Below are positions 19,978-24,086 of a stretch of 24,086 nt of DNA, one piece after another. Position numbers and translations under genes: made by a program. Under the pieces are notes generated by a model. It worked only from the letters and a program-made list of their open reading frames with translations, did not search any database and had not been told where the DNA came from. Positions within the stretch are counted from its first letter, which is position 1. The number at the start of each line of letters is the position of its first letter. The stretch covers positions 170,753 to 194,838 of the forward strand of contig RQSC01000008.1 of the NCBI GenBank assembly GCA_013416795.1, given 5' to 3'. This DNA comes from Prasinococcaceae sp. CCMP 1430. Lineage: Eukaryota; Plantae; Prasinodermophyta.

Positions 19978-20466
19978 TCACGCGACCTCCACGGACGCCC
20001 AGAGGCGTTCACCAAAGCCCACGCCGTTGTGCGTGAGGCGGAAGTACACGCTGTACGGCCCGCTCGGCGCGCTCGGCGGCGTGAGCATAGCTCGCGCCTC
20101 GGCGCGGCCGCGCGGCAGGAGCACCACGCGCGCTCCTCTTACCAGCACGCGGCCGTCCGAGTCGGCATCCTCGCGCACGAGCTCCACGTCGGCCACGCCG
20201 CTCCCGCCGCCGTCGCCGCCACTCGAGCGCCGCGGCCACGGGCTGCGCCCTTCGGACTCAACGCACTGACTGAGCAGCCACTTCTTCTCGACGGGCCTCC
20301 CGCCTTGCACCTGGATGCCATCGGGGAGCGTGAGGTCGTCAAGAAAGGCCCCGCCGAGCGCCTCCGAGGGCGCCCCCTCGCTATCCGGCCGCCGCGCGGC
20401 ACTGGCCTCGGCGTGGCCCAGCGGCTCCGACGCCGTCGCCGGGGCCACCCGTGCGAGCGTGCTCAT
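19978..20466 (-). CDS. NBR1-FW / ILRUN-type Ig-like domain protein; start at 20466 tentative, may be 5'-truncated
   Basis: AFLDDLTLPDGIQVQGGRPVEKKWLL...W...LTPPSAPSGPYSVYFRLTHNGVGFGERLWASVEV resembles the recalled FW domain pattern (FV.DVT.PDG...F.K.W...W...AP...G.Y...WRL....FG.R.W..I.V). Confidence 0.7.
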   Translation of the reverse strand: MSTLARVAPATASEPLGHAEASAARRPDSEGAPSEALGGAFLDDLTLPDGIQVQGGRPVEKKWLLSQCVESEGRSPWPRRSSGGDGGGSGVADVELVREDADSDGRVLVRGARVVLLPRGRAEARAMLTPPSAPSGPYSVYFRLTHNGVGFGERLWASVEVA

Positions 20467-20529
20467 CGGACCCCATTCCTCGGGCAGGAGGTGCGTGGGC
20501 TCGACGCACGGTGGCGGCAGCGGGCTCGC

Positions 20530-21610
20530 GGCCGTGAGGTGCGGCGCGCGCGCGCGGTGCCCGGACGCGGCGTCGCCCGCGACGGCCGACCCCGCGCTGC
20601 GCTGGCTCGAGCGGCCGCCGCTGCCGCCCAAGGCGGAGGTGTACGCGCACATCAAGAACTTCGCCAGCGCGGACGGCCGCGTCGCCACCGGCGTGTTCGC
20701 GTCCACCATGTGCGCGCTCTTCGGCGCGTACGCGCTCGCGCACCAGGGGCTGCTGGCGGGCGGTGCCGCCGGCGCCATGGCCGTCGCGGGAGGCCTCGTC
20801 GCGGGCGTGCTGCTCAAGATACGCACCTTCATGTGCTTCCACGACATGGCGCACAAGTCGTTCTGGCCGACGACGAGCGCGACGGGCCGGCTGGCCAACC
20901 GCGTGTTCGGCGCGCTGTCGGGCGCGCTGTGCTACACGTCCTTCACGCGCTGGGACAGGATCCACAACAACCACCACCGCATCTCCAACGACCTCGACGA
21001 GAACCAGCACGCGCAGACGGCGCCCTGGAGCACCCGCGAGCGCGCCGAGAAGACGCAGGCCACGCGCAACCTCTTCGACGCCAAGTACAACCAGTGGGTG
21101 CAGTGGGTGGTGGGGCCGTGGTTCGTCTTCTTCGTCGTGAACCGCAAGTGCCCGCCGCTGGAGAACCTGCTCTGGGCGGCGCCGCTCGCGGCGTGCTACG
21201 CGGTGGGGGGCGCGAAGCTGCTCGCGTTCGAGTTCGCCGTCAGCTACGTGACGGCCTTCCTGGGCATGTGCCTGTTCCACGCGCAGCACACCTTCGACGG
21301 CGTGTACAAGCGGCGTAAGGACGAGTGGGACTACTACGAGAACGGCATGCTCGGCTCGTCCATGCTGCTCATCCCGGAGGCGCTCAAGCCCTTCACGCTG
21401 GGGATCGAGTACCACCACATACACCACCTCTCGGTGGGCGTGCCCTCGTACAAGCTGCGCGCGTGCCACGAGGCCGGCGACGAAAAGGGCCTCTGGGATG
21501 CCGTGCCCACGCTGCCGCTGAGCTCCATCCCCGCCACCATGCCGTACGCCGTGTGGGACGAGGACGACCAGAAGTTCCTCAGCGTGCCGGAGAGCCGCGC
21601 GAGGGACTGA
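20530..21610 (+). CDS. Membrane fatty-acid desaturase, bacterial Des/DesA-like; start unresolved (only upstream in-frame ATG is 20315, antisense to the FW gene)
   Basis: Three His boxes: HDMAH, HNNHH, HHIHH. RTFMCFHD, LFHAQHTF and GIEYHHIHHLSVGVPSYKLRACH resemble Bacillus Des-type enzymes. No intron seen. Confidence 0.88.
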
Positions 21611-21752
21611 GCGCGCGCCCACGCCGTTTTTTTTGTCGCAGCCTCTGCACGGTTAGCCGCTAGCTAATTTAGAGCAAACTGAGACGCGCCCCCGCAGGCG
21701 CCGCGTGTCACGGCTCCCGAACGTGAGGAGACCTAACCCCCCATCCCCCCCN

Positions 21753-22725
21753 CAGCAGCAGAACGGGAGGGGCGGGGCAGGCGCGTCTGCGGGCATCAGC
21801 GGCATGATGGGCATGGGCTCCACGTACGCGTTGGCGGGCCAGCAGCAGCGATCACAGGTGCGATGGCGCGCGCGCGTTGCGCGCGCGCGGCGCGCCCGAC
21901 GGTGCTCGCTCGCACGCGTGCGCTGACGTCTGCAACTGCCTGCGAACGCGCCCCTCGCAGCTCGATCACGTTGCGAACATGCAGCGCCTGCAGGGGCAGC
22001 AGCAGCACGTGGCTCAGGTGCAGATGATGCCGGCAGGCGGCGCGGGCGCGTCTGGCTCGCGAGCGGGGACAGTTCCGATGGGACGGCAGGTGAGCCTCGG
22101 CGACCCGTTGCAGCTCGACGAGCTCCTCGGCCTGCAGGGGCTCGCCGAGAACGGCTACACGGTGCAGGACGTGATGGTGCCCAAGAACGATGCCGATCCA
22201 GACGGGTACCTCTTCGAGGGCCTGGCCGACTTCGACGACGAGGACCTCATGGTCCCTGGCTACGATCCCAACGCAATAGGCGCTCTGTCCAGCCGCGGGT
22301 ACTCGGGCTTTCCGGGCATGCCTGGGGTGGGCGTGGCGGGTGGGAGCGGGCCGTCCAACGGAAGCTTCAACGACGACGGCGTCGTTCCGGACTTCGGCGC
22401 GTCGGGCGCCGCGTCGGGCGGCGCGCGGGGCACGAAGCGACAGAGAGGGCAAGGGCTGGGGCTTGCACAGGCGCTCAGCTCCAGACCGAGGCGCAGCCGC
22501 AGGAGCTGCTCGCAACCCCGGGCCCCTATCACGCACACACACACACACACACACCGCCCCCACCCACCTCAAGCGTGTGGCGGGCGGCTCCAGCGGCGTG
22601 TGGCGCGCGCGCGCGGTGTGGCGCGCCGGCCGCGGTCACTGTGCCTGCGCGGCGCCCGCTGGCCACGCGTTGCGAATCCGAACCAATCATTAAAATCTAC
22701 ATTACATGTACCCACGGGAAAATAA
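21753..22725 (+). CDS. Partial hypothetical Gln/Gly/acidic-rich protein (5' part missing at the single N, 21752); intron 21858-21960
   Basis: Coding-like QQQNGRGG...QQQRSQ is joined by a phase-0 GT...CTGAC...CAG intron to LDHVANMQRLQG...LADFDDEDL. TGTAA at 22760. The C-terminal end is uncertain. Confidence 0.5.
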
Positions 22726-23144
22726 GACCCACCATGCATTGCGCGGATTTGAATTGTCGTGTAATTGGAACTTCGTTCGGTGTTTCGCGTCGGCTTCAAG
22801 AATTGCACGCAATCTAAATTAGTGGAGTGGTCGCATCGCGCCGTGCTCATGGCGTGGCGCCAGGGGGCTGCGAGGGCGCTGAGGAGGTCAAGGCGGTGAG
22901 GAACTTCCTCCGACGGAGTCCTTGCGCTCCAGCGTGACGAGGGCACGCGCGATAGAGCGCGACAGAAGAATGAGAAGATAGCAACGGCTGCGTGCGTCTT
23001 TAAGTGTTGTCATCACGCACGAGCGCGCGTGCCGTCAGCGCACCACCAGGCCACTAGTTAGCGACTAGAGTAGGCCGTCTCTGTTGGCAACTTGAAGCTG
23101 CAGCCAGGCCGGGGAGGAGCGAGTCCTGCGCATGCGCAAAGTCC

Positions 23145-24086
23145 TCAAGGAGGAGGTCTGATCGAGGACTCGGAGGCTCGCGCATCCTCCTCGACTCGGC
23201 CCGGGACGTACGGGTCCCCTTCGGCACGCGTGCTGCTCGCTGCAGCGCCCACTACGCCAGCGCTTGCCACGGCTGAGGCGAAGGCCGCCTCGTAGCTACT
23301 CCTCCCCTCGGCCGCATACGCATTGATCCTGTGAGCGACCACCGCCGTCGTCCCCATCACCGACGCCACCGCGAAGAGTGCGAGCAGGAGAACACCGTTG
23401 CCGCCGCGCCTGCTGCCACGGTTCATGCGCAAGGCGCTGCGCCGCAGCGCTTCGAAGGGGGTAGGCGCTACGATGGCGGCGTTCGCAGCGCTCACATAGC
23501 CGCGCCCGCCGCACGCGTTCGCGACAACACAGCCACCGCCGCCATCTCCGTCCTCGATGTCTACATCTACGTGTGGTCCTAGCACGGGGGGTAGCGGCTC
23601 CCCGCCCGGCCAGGCGGAGAGCGCTGGCCCGCCGACGTGCTGCCGTGGTGGCGCGCACACCGTGCAGCATCCATTGCACGCCCCGGAGCTCGCGCCTGCC
23701 GCGCACGCTGCCTCGCACGCCGCTCCCACGGTCTGCTCGCAGCAGGCGGCGGCCACGCACGGCGGCGCGTCGACGGGCGCCGCCGGCAGGCACAGCCACT
23801 CGGCTGGCGGCGCGCCTTGCAGCATGCGCCGCATGTAATCATCCAGCCGCTGGCGCCCCTCTACGTCGGCGGGCAGGATGCTCGGGGAGTCGGGGGCAAG
23901 GGTCGCCCCAGCGCCGCTCGCGATCTGTGCGCGCTGCTGCGCAGGCGGGCTCGCCAACACTCCCGCCTCGCCGCTGGACGCCCCAGCCGGGGGCTGTTGA
24001 GGGCGCCGCTGCCACCATTCCGTCGCCGCGCCAGCGCCGCCGCCGCGCGCGCGCAACATCCGGGCCCGGGCCACCCGGCCGGACCG
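23145..24086 (-). CDS. Hypothetical protein with a Cys-rich cluster and one predicted transmembrane segment; runs off the window edge
   Basis: Open frame of at least 309 aa containing CVAAACCEQ...CEAAC...CNGCCTVC and the hydrophobic segment VLLLALFAVASVMGTTAVVA. Confidence 0.5.
   Translation of the reverse strand, partial: RSGRVARARMLRARGGGAGAATEWWQRRPQQPPAGASSGEAGVLASPPAQQRAQIASGAGATLAPDSPSILPADVEGRQRLDDYMRRMLQGAPPAEWLCLPAAPVDAPPCVAAACCEQTVGAACEAACAAGASSGACNGCCTVCAPPRQHVGGPALSAWPGGEPLPPVLGPHVDVDIEDGDGGGGCVVANACGGRGYVSAANAAIVAPTPFEALRRSALRMNRGSRRGGNGVLLLALFAVASVMGTTAVVAHRINAYAAEGRSSYEAAFASAVASAGVVGAAASSTRAEGDPYVPGRVEEDARASESSIRPPP

Noticed and set aside
1982-21960. Introns as introner-like mobile elements
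   Set aside because: The six introns share only generic CG-rich composition and the branch motif. No extended mutual similarity or terminal repeats were seen.
429-22572. Many long overlapping Arg/Ala/Gly-rich ORFs (e.g. 5437-7311, 10678-12174, 12295-14895, 15469-17043, 17568-19832, 20381-21622)
   Set aside because: These are stop-poor shadow frames caused by ~70% GC. They have no motifs, and each overlaps a recognisable gene.

Overview
This is eukaryotic, very GC-rich, gene-dense nuclear DNA. It has short GT-AG introns (about 100-145 nt) with CTGAC branch sites, TGTAA motifs after several stop codons, and plant-type GATA, ARFB1, CLC-e/f and PGAM genes. Together these point to a compact green-algal (prasinophyte-like) genome. 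About 14 protein genes or gene fragments are supportable, in order: a STI1/DP-TPR-Aha1N co-chaperone, a GATA factor, a bacterial-type RecD2 helicase, CDP-DAG synthase, the 3' part of NIP7, a CLC channel, ARF, PGAM, a ketopantoate-reductase-like/CbbY-like HAD fusion, a Pro/Thr tandem-repeat protein, an NBR1-FW (Ig-like) domain protein, a bacterial-like fatty-acid desaturase, and two partial hypothetical genes. The best novelty candidates are the two domain fusions (reductase-like + HAD phosphatase; DP-TPR-Aha1N) and the two bacterial-type genes. The assembly looks imperfect: it has one ~95-N gap, five single Ns, a homopolymer frameshift, and three head-to-head gene junctions where 5' ends and promoters appear missing. 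Structural claims therefore need read-level confirmation. Family assignments come from recalled motifs; no database search was run.
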